Positions 1-9,207 are shown, counted from the first letter of the stretch. The stretch: DNA of 29,950 nucleotides from Candidatus Iainarchaeum sp. (GCA_043803765.1 JAZDJQ010000005.1:1-29950), one strand, 5' to 3'. Notes: generated from the letters alone by a model not told the origin. Numbers and translations are program-made.

Positions 1-512
1 CCTGCAAAAGAAGGCGTTCCTTCTTTTTGTACGATTTCTTGTGCGGCATTCGTATGAATGATGAGCGCATCGCACTGCAGTTCATTCACGAGTTTTTGTA
101 TTTTTTGAGTGGGATATTCCTTCAATTGGGATACTCCTAAATTGCATGCGAGAAAAATATGGGGGGCGTATTTTCGCACGTCAAACGATGAAAACGTTTG
201 GGGTTTTTCTATCGCAGCCCGCGTGCTTCCCAATCCCATCCCTGTTTTTTTTTCTTCACATGCTTTGGCAATATCTTGATTTATTTTTGTTAGCGTGGCA
301 TGTCCTCCTGTCATACTGCTCACCATGTAGGGGAAAGAGAATTCGTGTTTTAGAAAAATAGTTTTAGTGTCTATTTTTTTCTCGTCTATTTCCGGGAGAG
401 ATAAATAATCCAATTCCATTTCATCGAATCCGGTTGTCTTATCAGTGAACTGCACGGACTGATTCAATGCAATGTCCACGTGTTCCGTTTTCCTTTTAAT
501 GATGCTTGGCAT
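1..512 (-). CDS. fni: Type 2 (FMN-dependent) isopentenyl-diphosphate delta-isomerase, 5' part, truncated by window edge
   Basis: Not in ORF track. Manual translation from ATG 512: MPSIIKRKTEHVDIAL...TGFDEMEL...LPEID...PYMVSSMTGG...INQDIAKACE...MGLGSTRAAIE...SFDVRKYAP...NLG...DALIIHTNAAQEIVQKEG. RKxxH, SMTGG, GLGS and HxNxxQE are IDI-2 motifs. Confidence 0.93.
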   Translation of the reverse strand, partial: MPSIIKRKTEHVDIALNQSVQFTDKTTGFDEMELDYLSLPEIDEKKIDTKTIFLKHEFSFPYMVSSMTGGHATLTKINQDIAKACEEKKTGMGLGSTRAAIEKPQTFSSFDVRKYAPHIFLACNLGVSQLKEYPTQKIQKLVNELQCDALIIHTNAAQEIVQKEGTPSFA

Positions 513-544
513 AGGAATGAGGGAGACAAAGAGGTATATAACCC

Positions 545-1216
545 CTATTTTCCTTTTTCGTTCTTGGAAGAATACGCTCTGCGTATTTTTCTAATAATGA
601 CCGTTCGCTTGTTGGTTCCCGCCGACCGATGTTTGGGCTCTCCGAAAACCTGACGATAGGCTTCGTCCGAAGTGAATCCGCTACCGTAAATCAATTGAAT
701 AAATCGAATTTCGTCAGGTCGGAGAATCCGTTTGATTGAACGCCAAATGGATTGGATGATTTCTCTATTTTCGATATCATCCATGAAGGATTTGGGAGTG
801 GTTTTCAGATCCCGTAATGTTTCTTCATCTAACGGAACCGTCCTTTTTTTTAGCTCACGCTCTTTTATTGTTCGATCGAATACAGACGAAGTGGAATGAT
901 TGAGTGCATTCTTCATGATAGTTAAGAGATATCCTTCGAAAGAATCCATTGATGGAATATACCCGCGATTGATCATTTCCCTGTAGCGCCACAAATATAT
1001 TAGGATGTTCTGCCGGTTATCATCAAAAGTGTTCCCAAAAACACGGGTTTTTGCCACTTGGGAAATTAATGGTTCGTTCTCTCTGACAAAATGAGTGAAT
1101 CCTTTGGTATACATGGGGATTATTTCATGTATGTGGGCATGCCATTGTCGTCTTCGGCGTTGAAGAGATTGAACCCGTTTCCTATTGATTCTCCTCCGAT
1201 TCCCTTGAACAGGCAT
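545..1216 (-). CDS. Sigma70/ECF-like protein with Arg-rich N-terminus (putative DNA-binding regulator)
   Basis: Likely start MPVQGNRRR at 1216, with an AT-rich TATA-like element upstream. DDNRQNILIYLW...SFEGYLLTIMKN resembles sigma region 2. LRPDEIRFIQLIYGSGFTSDEAY...KRTVIIRKIRR resembles region 4. Confidence 0.5.
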   Translation of the reverse strand: MPVQGNRRRINRKRVQSLQRRRRQWHAHIHEIIPMYTKGFTHFVRENEPLISQVAKTRVFGNTFDDNRQNILIYLWRYREMINRGYIPSMDSFEGYLLTIMKNALNHSTSSVFDRTIKERELKKRTVPLDEETLRDLKTTPKSFMDDIENREIIQSIWRSIKRILRPDEIRFIQLIYGSGFTSDEAYRQVFGEPKHRSAGTNKRTVIIRKIRRAYSSKNEKGK

Positions 1217-1265
1217 AAAAATGACTCTCCAATCCCATTTTCTTTCCTTATAATAAAAGGATGCG

Positions 1266-2057
1266 CTATTGCGGAATGTTGGCCGCATCGATGATTCCGA
1301 TGAAGGAATCCTTTTTCAGTGATGCGCCCCCCACGAGGCATCCGTCGATGTCATTCTGGGTGAGGAAGAGCCTCGCGTTCTCGGGTTTGACGCTTCCTCC
1401 ATACAATATGAGCATGCGCTGTGCTTCATCTGCTCCGAATTGCTTCTTTATTTCGTCGCGTAAAAATGCGTGGGCATCATTGGCATCTTTTGGGGTGGCA
1501 GGCTGTCCCGTATTGTCTTTACTGGTGGAGATGGCCCATACGGGTTCATACGCGAGAATGACTTTGGTTATTTGGTCGCGTGATATTCCAGCTAATCCTT
1601 CATTGAGTTGCACGCCTAATACCTCAAATGTTTTTCCTTCTTTTTTTTCTGCTGCTGTTTCCCCCACGCATAGAATGGGAGTCATGTTGCTTCGCAGTGC
1701 GGCTAATACTTTGGCGTTGATGATGCGGTTAGGTTCGTGATAGTTTGCCCTTCTTTCAGAATGACCAATAATACAATACTGTGCTCCTGCTGCTGCCACC
1801 ATGTTTGCGGAAACGTCCCCCGTGAATGCCCCGTTGTTTTCATAATGGCAATCCTGTGCACCCATTTTGACTTCGCTTTCTTTCAATACGTTCGCAATCT
1901 CGGATAAATGCGTATAGGGAGGACACACGATTACTTTCACATTGGTTCCTGCGATGTGCAGATGGGCATATTTGTGCAGTTCCTCAACCAGTTTTTTCCC
2001 TTCCGTGATGGTTAAGTTCATTTTCCAGTTTCCCACGATGACCTTCGAGCGACTCAT
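1266..2057 (-). CDS. tpiA: Triosephosphate isomerase, bacterial type
   Basis: GNWKMN, GAFTG, IIGHSERR, AYEPVWAI, YGGSV and LVGGASL motifs; 263 aa. Confidence 0.97.
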   Translation of the reverse strand: MSRSKVIVGNWKMNLTITEGKKLVEELHKYAHLHIAGTNVKVIVCPPYTHLSEIANVLKESEVKMGAQDCHYENNGAFTGDVSANMVAAAGAQYCIIGHSERRANYHEPNRIINAKVLAALRSNMTPILCVGETAAEKKEGKTFEVLGVQLNEGLAGISRDQITKVILAYEPVWAISTSKDNTGQPATPKDANDAHAFLRDEIKKQFGADEAQRMLILYGGSVKPENARLFLTQNDIDGCLVGGASLKKDSFIGIIDAANIPQ

Positions 2058-2103
2058 GAGCTAATTCCCTCCCAACCCTGAAACAGGTAGGGTGGAATAA
2101 GTA

Positions 2104-2418
2104 TTAAAGGGTTGACTCGAAATCGTGTGATTCTTTCCCTATTTTCATGGCGATTCGGTGACGGCGGTTCTGCTCCTCGGTTAAAAGAGTTTTCAGTTCC
2201 CTTGATGCCCTCTGGTAAAGGGTATCAAGATTGGTTGTGAGCTGCCTCATGAAATGGTCAGCATTGGTTGTTCCTATTTTTTCCCTGAGAAGGGTGTGCA
2301 GACGATAGAGTTCTTCTCCACGGGACCCTTCTTCTTTCAACTCGAATAGTACGCGAATGATTTGTTTTTGTTGAGAGTAGAGGAATGCGCGTGGGAGTAA
2401 AAAATATCTCACATTCAA
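2104..2418 (-). CDS. Hypothetical helical protein, possibly a 5'-truncated remnant
   Basis: TTG start only. The open frame continues about 13 codons upstream to an in-frame TGA next to the toxin gene. No recognisable motif. Confidence 0.4.
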   Translation of the reverse strand: MNVRYFLLPRAFLYSQQKQIIRVLFELKEEGSRGEELYRLHTLLREKIGTTNADHFMRQLTTNLDTLYQRASRELKTLLTEEQNRRHRIAMKIGKESHDFESTL

Positions 2419-2475
2419 CTCTTCAATTGTTTCATGGAATTTGTCTTGTGCAAATATTCAGACAAACATATAGCC

Positions 2476-2814
2476 TCACTTTTGGATTTTCAACAATTCC
2501 AACACCAAGCCGTCAATTGCATCCTGTTGCGCTTTGGCGATGGTGCCTATTTGCCTTTTGAATCGGCTGTCGTCCATTGATGCCATTTGGAATACAAGCG
2601 CAATGCTGTATTCCTTCAAACCGTTCTCTGGTGTTGGCTCGATGGGCAGCGTAAAAGAAAATGTGGCTTTGTCGGTGTTGCTGGTTAGTGGAACAACAAT
2701 CGCCAGCTTATTGGCCCGGCCAAGAATAATTGCCGGCCGCATTCCTTTTTGTTCGTGGCCTTTTCCTTCTGGCAGGTCAACGAACCACACTTCGCCTTTT
2801 TTCATTAGGGTCAA
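2476..2814 (-). CDS. PemK/MazF-family endoribonuclease toxin
   Basis: GEVWFVDL...GHEQKGMRPAII...VVPLTS signature of PemK/MazF. Confidence 0.9.
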   Translation of the reverse strand: MTLMKKGEVWFVDLPEGKGHEQKGMRPAIILGRANKLAIVVPLTSNTDKATFSFTLPIEPTPENGLKEYSIALVFQMASMDDSRFKRQIGTIAKAQQDAIDGLVLELLKIQK

Positions 2815-3341
2815 TCCTGCATGTCATGCGTTGAAGCTTCCTGCCAAGGCCTGAACTCTTCCTTCATTTCAGCGAGTTCTTTTTCGGTTGGCACGAACAA
2901 AAATTCTTTTGCCTTTGAAACACCGACCGCAATCTGTGCTTCGGAATAGAATGGTTTCATTTTCTTGACGTTCTTCTGTGCGGTCAATGGGTCTTGTTTT
3001 TGGTCAAAGGCAAAAAAGGAATACGTTGCTGCAACTTCGAGTGTATTCGCCTTGAGCTCGCCAAACAATTCATTGAATTCCTCAATGTCTTTTGACTCGG
3101 CATTTGTCAGGCTAGCGGACGTTTCCAAGTGTTCCACTTTTTTCTTGTTTTCATACACTCGGTCTGTGAGTCCTCTCGAATAAGGACCACGCACATACAA
3201 GTGATACTCAAAGCCAGTCTTGACTCCTTTCAATTGGAGCAAGTAAATTGCCTTTTGAATAATCAGGCGGTGCTCGAAATTGTCAATTTTTGGCTTGAAG
3301 CCCATTGCCTTGAAACAGGCCACTACTTTATCCAGATTCAT
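2811..3341 (-). CDS. Putative antitoxin, SocA/Panacea (DUF4065)/YwgA-like
   Basis: RLIIQKAIYLLQ...Y.LYVRGPYS...LEVAAT pattern. ATG 3341 overlaps the upstream stop (ATGA) with a GGGGTGA RBS, and its stop overlaps the toxin start. Confidence 0.65.
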   Translation of the reverse strand: MNLDKVVACFKAMGFKPKIDNFEHRLIIQKAIYLLQLKGVKTGFEYHLYVRGPYSRGLTDRVYENKKKVEHLETSASLTNAESKDIEEFNELFGELKANTLEVAATYSFFAFDQKQDPLTAQKNVKKMKPFYSEAQIAVGVSKAKEFLFVPTEKELAEMKEEFRPWQEASTHDMQD

Positions 3342-3676
3342 TTTTTCACCCCGCATTCAATCAGTTTCTTTAACCAGTTTTTTGTATGCTCCCATGCAAG
3401 TGTCCCTTCGGGGGTTATTTGGTAGGATTCCAGTTCTTTTCCTTCCAACGTAATTTTTTGTGATTTGATATATCCGTTTTCTTCCAAAACTTTGAGATTG
3501 GTGTAAAGCGCGCCATCCGACACATCCAACACCGCCTTCAGTTCCCGATACATTACTCCATCCTGACCAAGGCTTGCGATGCTCGCCAGCAACTGCAGTC
3601 TGATCAATGAAAAAACGCTCGAATTCAGAGCCTTCGATTCCTCAATCAGGGACAAAAAATCACTATTCATACACAA
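3338..3676 (-). CDS. Winged-helix transcriptional regulator (ArsR/MarR-like)
   Basis: IRLQLLASI...YRELKAVLDVSDGALYTNLKVLEENGYI...YQITPEG winged HTH; first gene of a three-gene operon. Confidence 0.85.
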   Translation of the reverse strand: MCMNSDFLSLIEESKALNSSVFSLIRLQLLASIASLGQDGVMYRELKAVLDVSDGALYTNLKVLEENGYIKSQKITLEGKELESYQITPEGTLAWEHTKNWLKKLIECGVKK

Positions 3677-3771
3677 CCACTATCGCTGTTATATAAAAAT
3701 AAGACAACCGATAAGTATAAAAACTTTTATTAACACTTTAATTTTCAAAGTAAATGTAAAAGTAGATTTGA

Positions 3772-4071
3772 ATGGTTAATGGGTATCGAAAAGACATGAT
3801 TGCAGAAGGAAAGATCGCGCGCGACCTTCACGATAAAGGATTCCAAAACATCCACCAACGCACTGGAAGCCTAGGCACGGCAGACAGTTACGCTTTAAAA
3901 GATGGCCAAAAATACTATGTGCAAGTCAAAAACGGAGCAGCAAGAGTAGATCCTGATGTCATCAGCCACCCGCAAAAACTCGCTCAAGACAGGAGTGGAT
4001 CAGGTGTTGTAATTAACCGCCAAGACGGCCAAAACAAATGGCGCTTCTTCGGCAACTGGGGGTGCGGATAA
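3772..4071 (+). CDS. Small PD-(D/E)xK nuclease-like protein (Hjc/Mrr-like)
   Basis: AE..IARDL..KGF....GSLGTAD..A.K....YVQVK matches the E...G...D...QxK arrangement. Confidence 0.6.
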   Translation: MVNGYRKDMIAEGKIARDLHDKGFQNIHQRTGSLGTADSYALKDGQKYYVQVKNGAARVDPDVISHPQKLAQDRSGSGVVINRQDGQNKWRFFGNWGCG

Positions 4072-4160
4072 ATGGTTCAGAAACTATTCGGATTCGAAAT
4101 CATTGGCGAGTAGTGTCAGGTCGTTGCATTTGAGTTCTTTCTTGGCATTTATGAGAAAGG

Positions 4161-4685
4161 TTATTTCCTTTTTCTCCGTGCCTTCCGCTCTTCTGTTTCC
4201 CGCGTGATGTTCCCTAGGGTGGCCTTGTCAACAGCGGCCCCTAGGTTAGCTGCATCCCATATTTTCTTTCCGCGCTTGGAAAAGAATCGCGGGTTCGTGG
4301 CTTTTCTGAGTAAACGACCGGTGCGTGTGCGGAACGCCGACTTTGCCTTGCCTAATTGACGAATACGGGATTCATAGGCACGAAGTGCTTGTTCTTCTTC
4401 TCCAGTAGCAATACTTTGTTTTTCAGTTAATTTCCTGTGTTGTTTTGAAAAAAAATGAGTATCTACTATATCCATGTAACCTTTATCTCTGTCAAATCTT
4501 GCAGTTAAATCATCAGCTATCTCAGATGCTACTATCCGCCGTGAGTTTGCCCCTGTATAATGGTCTCTTGCTTTGGCAACTCTCTCCATTTTTCCCCTAA
4601 TTACTATTCGTTTCAAACTCCGAGGCACGAGCAGAACGCTGTGTACTTTTCTTTCAAGGTATTTTCGGGGGGGGCGGGTGGGCAT
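4161..4685 (-). CDS. Hypothetical highly basic protein
   Basis: 174 aa ORF, MPTRPPRK start, Arg/Lys-rich; no family recognised. Confidence 0.6.
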   Translation of the reverse strand: MPTRPPRKYLERKVHSVLLVPRSLKRIVIRGKMERVAKARDHYTGANSRRIVASEIADDLTARFDRDKGYMDIVDTHFFSKQHRKLTEKQSIATGEEEQALRAYESRIRQLGKAKSAFRTRTGRLLRKATNPRFFSKRGKKIWDAANLGAAVDKATLGNITRETEERKARRKRK

Positions 4686-4870
4686 AGAATATTCCTCTGG
4701 GCGCGATAAGGCACCCTCGTCGAAAGGAGAGGGGGATGGAACTATTTAATTCCGATGGATGGGCGGGTGGTGGAAAAGGATTTTTCAGGTCTCTCGGTTA
4801 TTTCCCCTATTTCCTTTTTTCCACATATTTTCGTTCAACGTAGGCTTGCACCATTTTCTTGAAATCGTAC

Positions 4871-5362
4871 TTACCGAGAATGTCGGTATCCTTTGTTCCA
4901 GAAGCGCCATAACTGCATTCGCCATTCATTATAAAAGGAATCAAGCCCCCTATTATATTCCTCCCAGAAACCATGTTTTTTGGCAAAAGCCTCTAACAGG
5001 CTAAGTCTTTCCATATATTTTTTCCTTTTTTGCTTTTCTTGTCGGGTCAAGCCTTTGGGCACCCAAGAGATGTACGAGCGACGATGTAGTGTTATCCATT
5101 CGTGATAGGCTTCGGGTGTCAATCTATTTTTCAGTTTTAAGTGTTTCGTGAAAATCTGAAACAAATGGCTCCTCTCATTCCGAATTACAAAGGGGTCGTC
5201 TCCCCGAACGTATGTTTGAAGCAAGAATGACTGGTATTTAGCATCTCCTCTGTTTAGAGTGGAATTTTTCTGTTTGCGAGCGAAATGTTTCTTGGTAGAG
5301 GGCAATAGAAACTTTCGCATATGCCGTTGAAACTGCTTGGGATTACGAATAATGGGTGCCAC
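4871..5362 (-). CDS. Hypothetical highly basic protein
   Basis: 163 aa ORF, GTG start with TTTATATATTATAA about 20-30 nt upstream; Arg/Lys-rich. Confidence 0.6.
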   Translation of the reverse strand: MAPIIRNPKQFQRHMRKFLLPSTKKHFARKQKNSTLNRGDAKYQSFLLQTYVRGDDPFVIRNERSHLFQIFTKHLKLKNRLTPEAYHEWITLHRRSYISWVPKGLTRQEKQKRKKYMERLSLLEAFAKKHGFWEEYNRGLDSFYNEWRMQLWRFWNKGYRHSR

Positions 5363-5392
5363 TTTGAATGGAGGATTTTATAATATATAAAG

Positions 5393-6670
5393 TTAAACAG
5401 TGGTCTCCATTTCTTTCTTGGTACTGTACTTCTTTTCCACGTAGGCTTGAACCATGCGTTTGAACTCGTCCTTCATCGTTCTTCCTTGGAGTGTTTTCAC
5501 TAATTTTCCATCCTCGAATACGGGCGCGGCAGGGTTTTCTCCGCTCCCGGGGAGTGAAATACCAATGTTGGCGTCCTTGGCTTCTCCGGGGCCGTTTACG
5601 ATGCATCCCATTACGGCTACGTGCATGCTTTCCACTCCATCGTATCCTTGTTTTTTCCATATGGGCATTTGCGTGTGCAGGTATTCCGTTACTTCTTTTG
5701 CTAGTTCTTGAAACGTGATGCTTGTTGTGCGTCCGCATCCCGGGCAGCTGGTTACTTGGGGGAGAAAAAATCGGTGCCCGAGTGATTGAAGTACTTGTTG
5801 GGATACTAATACTTCTCGTGAGCGAGAGGAACCGGGTTCGGGTGTTAGTGAAACGCGGATCGTGTCTCCTATTCCTTGATTGAGCAATAGGGATAATGCG
5901 GCAGTGGATGCGACGATTCCCTTATCCCCCATTCCTGCTTCCGTTAATCCTAAATGCAATGGTTGATTTGTTCGTTTGGATAATTCAGAGTAGCAGTATA
6001 CCATTTCTTGCACCCCGGACATTTTGGTTGAAATGATGATTTGGTCTTTTCTCATTCCTAATTCGATTGCTTTTTCCGTTGAGAGTAATGCGGATTGTAT
6101 CATGGCTTCTAGGAAAACGTGGTTGGCTCCTTTTTGTTCTGCTGGAATTTTTTGGTTGTCATCATCAATGAGTTTTTTTAGTAATTGTTGGTCGAGGCTT
6201 CCCCCATTCACTCCAATGCGTACGGGTTTGTTGTGTTCAACTGCTATTTTAATGAATGAATCAAAATTAGCATCGTATTTTTCTCCAAATCCAACATTTC
6301 CGGGGTTGATTCGGTATTTGTCTAACGCGTCTGCGAGAGTAGGATACTTAGACAAAAGAAGATGCCCATTGTAGTGGAAATCCCCAATGAGAGCAGTATC
6401 CCCGTATCCTTCTTCGTGTAGTTTTTTTCGTATGGCCGGAACGGCGATTGCCATGGCATCTTTTTCAACCGTGAAACGCACTAATTCGCTTCCTGCATCC
6501 GCTAATTCTTTTATTTGTTTTACTGTTTGTTCAACGTTGGCTGTGTCCGTGTTGGTCATGCTCTGCACACGCACGGGATTGTTTCCTCCAATCCCCACTT
6601 TTCCTACTTTTACTTCTATTGTTTTTCTTTTTTGGAATCCGTTAAGGGTTTCTAGTTTTTGCATCGGCAC
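5393..6670 (-). CDS. ispG: HMBPP synthase (4Fe-4S)
   Basis: [63 protein letters not shown]. Confidence 0.97.
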   Translation of the reverse strand: MPMQKLETLNGFQKRKTIEVKVGKVGIGGNNPVRVQSMTNTDTANVEQTVKQIKELADAGSELVRFTVEKDAMAIAVPAIRKKLHEEGYGDTALIGDFHYNGHLLLSKYPTLADALDKYRINPGNVGFGEKYDANFDSFIKIAVEHNKPVRIGVNGGSLDQQLLKKLIDDDNQKIPAEQKGANHVFLEAMIQSALLSTEKAIELGMRKDQIIISTKMSGVQEMVYCYSELSKRTNQPLHLGLTEAGMGDKGIVASTAALSLLLNQGIGDTIRVSLTPEPGSSRSREVLVSQQVLQSLGHRFFLPQVTSCPGCGRTTSITFQELAKEVTEYLHTQMPIWKKQGYDGVESMHVAVMGCIVNGPGEAKDANIGISLPGSGENPAAPVFEDGKLVKTLQGRTMKDEFKRMVQAYVEKKYSTKKEMETTV

Positions 6671-6694
6671 ACGACCTTACTACTATTCATCATT

Positions 6695-6725
6695 TAAGGA
6701 GAGGGAAAATTTTTCCCTTTCCTTA
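6695..6725. promoter_or_regulatory. 31-bp near-perfect inverted repeat between dxs and ispG
   Basis: TAAGGAGAGGGAAAA-T-TTTTCCCTTTCCTTA; arms match 14/15; overlaps a TATA-like CTTAAAT about 25 nt before the ispG start. Confidence 0.55.
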
Positions 6726-6741
6726 TGTTGAATTTAGGGTG

Positions 6742-8574
6742 TTATTTTTTGACCATTTTACTTGCCGTATTCACAATGTCTTCTACTGTCATTCCGAATT
6801 TCTTTTTGATGTTTTCAGGCGTGTCGTAGGGAATGTATTCGTCTGCTCCGCCGAGCCGGGTGACCTGTACATTGGATAGTTTGTTTTTTTCTAAACATTC
6901 TAATACGGCGGAACCAAATCCTCCTACGAGGGTGTTTTCTTCGAGTGTTATTATTTTTCCTGTTTTGTGTACGAAATGTTTAATCATTTCTTCATCGAGG
7001 GGTTTAGCAAACCGTGCGTTAATGACGGCAGCGCTTATTCCTTTCTTTTTTAGTTCTTCTGCTGCTTTTACCGCATCGCGTACCATCCATCCAATGGCAA
7101 GCAAGGTGACATCGTTTCCGTCTTGTACTAATTCGGCTTTTCCGATGGGTATTGTTTTGAGTTCTTGTTTTGGTAAGACGCACATATTTGTGTTTCCTTT
7201 TGGATAGCGGATAGCAATCGGCCCTTTGTTGTATTCGTGTGCGGTCTTCACCATGTGTTGTAATTCGTTTTCGTCTTGGGGTGCCATCACGACAAAACCG
7301 GGGAGGATGCGTGTATAGCTAATGTCTAAAATTCCTCCTTGAGTTGGTCCGTCTCCTGTGATAGCGGATTTTGGAATCAAGAATTTTACGGGAAGATTCA
7401 TCATGGATACATCGTGCATCATTTCATCGAATGCGCGCTGTAAAAATGGGGAATAGATGCATACGAATGGTTTCATTCCTTCTGCTGCGAGTCCGGCTGA
7501 AAATGTAACGCCGTGTTCTTCGGCGATTCCCACATCATAGAATCGTTGAGGATATTTTTCTCCAAACTTATTCATTCCTGTTCCGGCAGCCATGGCAGCG
7601 GTTAATCCTACAATGGTAGGGTCGTCTTCGGCTAATTGCATAAGTGTTTGAATGGCTAATCCTTCAATAGAACCATTGCATTTTTTCTTGGGGTCACCTG
7701 TTTCTATTTCGAATGCGGCGTGTTCATGCCAGCGGGCCTTGTCTTTCTCCATGTAGTCTACTCCCTTTCCTTTTTGGGTGAGTACATGCAAAATTTTAGG
7801 TCCTTTGATTTCTTTCATCTCGGAGAGGTGATGCACTAATTCGTCAAAATTGTGTCCGTCAATGGGGCCGTAATACTTGAATCCTAGTTTTTCAAAAATG
7901 GTTCCGATACCCCTTCTTCCTCGTTCGTCCGTGGAGACGCTGGATAATCTTTTCAAATATTCGTGGAACGATCCCACGCTGGGGGAGATTCCCATTTTGT
8001 TATCATTCAATACGATGACCATGTCGGTTTGATTGTATCCAATGTTGTTTAGTGCTTCGTATGCGAGTCCGCCCGTTAATGCCGAGTCTCCTACTACACA
8101 TATTGTTTGGTAGTCTGCTTTTTTTAGTTTGGCTGCTTCAGCCAGTCCCATTGCTCCGCTTAATCCAGTGGAAGCGTGTCCTGCACTCCACACATCGTAT
8201 TCGCATTCTCCCCTCACGATGAATCGTGTGAGTCCCCCGGGGTATTTGCAGATAGTAGGAAATCGTTCCCTTCTCCCTGTCATTATTTTGTGCGTGTAGG
8301 ATTGGTGGGATGTGTCAAAAATAATCTTGTCTTTGGGTGCGTTAAACACATAGTGGATGGCCATCGTGAGTTCTACCACCCCGAGGTTGGCTCCGATATG
8401 CCCTCCATTTTTAGCGCAGGTATCAATGAGTAATTCCCTTACTTCTTGGGCAACATCGTGCAGGTTTTCAATCGAACATTGTTTCAAATCTGCAGGGGAA
8501 TTAATATCTTTGAGCGAGAGCCTTCCTGTTTTTCCATTTCCATTCAGTCCGCTCTCAAAATCGGTTGCATTCAT
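6742..8574 (-). CDS. dxs: 1-deoxy-D-xylulose-5-phosphate synthase
   Basis: GGHIGANLGVVELT, FD..HQSYTHK, GHAST, ThDP motif GDSAL...LNDN, TAAM..GTG, DVGIAEEH, YSPFLQRAFD, DGPTQ.G. Confidence 0.96.
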   Translation of the reverse strand: MNATDFESGLNGNGKTGRLSLKDINSPADLKQCSIENLHDVAQEVRELLIDTCAKNGGHIGANLGVVELTMAIHYVFNAPKDKIIFDTSHQSYTHKIMTGRRERFPTICKYPGGLTRFIVRGECEYDVWSAGHASTGLSGAMGLAEAAKLKKADYQTICVVGDSALTGGLAYEALNNIGYNQTDMVIVLNDNKMGISPSVGSFHEYLKRLSSVSTDERGRRGIGTIFEKLGFKYYGPIDGHNFDELVHHLSEMKEIKGPKILHVLTQKGKGVDYMEKDKARWHEHAAFEIETGDPKKKCNGSIEGLAIQTLMQLAEDDPTIVGLTAAMAAGTGMNKFGEKYPQRFYDVGIAEEHGVTFSAGLAAEGMKPFVCIYSPFLQRAFDEMMHDVSMMNLPVKFLIPKSAITGDGPTQGGILDISYTRILPGFVVMAPQDENELQHMVKTAHEYNKGPIAIRYPKGNTNMCVLPKQELKTIPIGKAELVQDGNDVTLLAIGWMVRDAVKAAEELKKKGISAAVINARFAKPLDEEMIKHFVHKTGKIITLEENTLVGGFGSAVLECLEKNKLSNVQVTRLGGADEYIPYDTPENIKKKFGMTVEDIVNTASKMVKK

Positions 8575-8640
8575 GCTAGGTCCACCCTCCAGGTAGAATA
8601 CCAGATAACGGACAACCTTTGGTTAGGGCCACTTATAAAA
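8575..8640 (-). promoter_or_regulatory. Archaeal TATA-like promoter and hairpin leader with RBS for dxs
   Basis: Minus strand TTTTATAA (8633-8640), then GTCCG...GGTA-TTC-TACC..GGAGGGTGGAC before the ATG. Confidence 0.55.
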
Positions 8641-8694
8641 CAATACGTCTTTTGCCTAATAAATTATTGACGCTTGACGTAATACACGGTATTC

Positions 8695-9207
8695 CTAGTA
8701 TGTTGAAGATTTTGAGCACAATAAAACCTGTGCCAAGCAAAAAATACCTTCCCCTCGTGCTACCTCGGTTAACTTATCTCCTGTTCCTGCCGTAATCCCT
8801 ATCTTTTCTTTGGAAATACCCAATAAGAAAGACAAGTTATGTTTAATTTCACCTACTTTGGGTTGAATTCGTGGAGTTAAACATTCTAATGCGATTGACA
8901 CGTTTTCTAACTCATAGGGGGAAGAATGCAATGATTCAAGGGCTTTTTTTAAAATAAAAGAGGAATGAATCGCTTCTCCTACCATGTCTTTTGGGGTAAA
9001 ATATGCCCCTAATCCATCTTTTCCTAATGCAGAATGAATGGCATTAAACAACGCGTGCAGTATCACATCCGCATCACTGTCTCCAGCTAATCCTATTTCT
9101 CCTTGAAATATCACTCCTCCTAATAGTAACGGACGACCAGTAGATTGTCTTTCAAACGCGTGTGAATCCATTCCTACTCCAATACGATAGTGAGGATCCA
9201 TGCTCAT
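8695..9207 (-). CDS. ispF: 2-C-methyl-D-erythritol 2,4-cyclodiphosphate synthase
   Basis: RIGVGMDSHAF, LLLGGV, SDADVILHA, GITA.T...L...RGEGI; Zn ligands D-x-H and H retained. Confidence 0.92.
   Translation of the reverse strand: MSMDPHYRIGVGMDSHAFERQSTGRPLLLGGVIFQGEIGLAGDSDADVILHALFNAIHSALGKDGLGAYFTPKDMVGEAIHSSFILKKALESLHSSPYELENVSIALECLTPRIQPKVGEIKHNLSFLLGISKEKIGITAGTGDKLTEVARGEGIFCLAQVLLCSKSSTY

Noticed and set aside
146-361. 71-aa plus-strand ORF
   Set aside because: Antisense shadow of fni.
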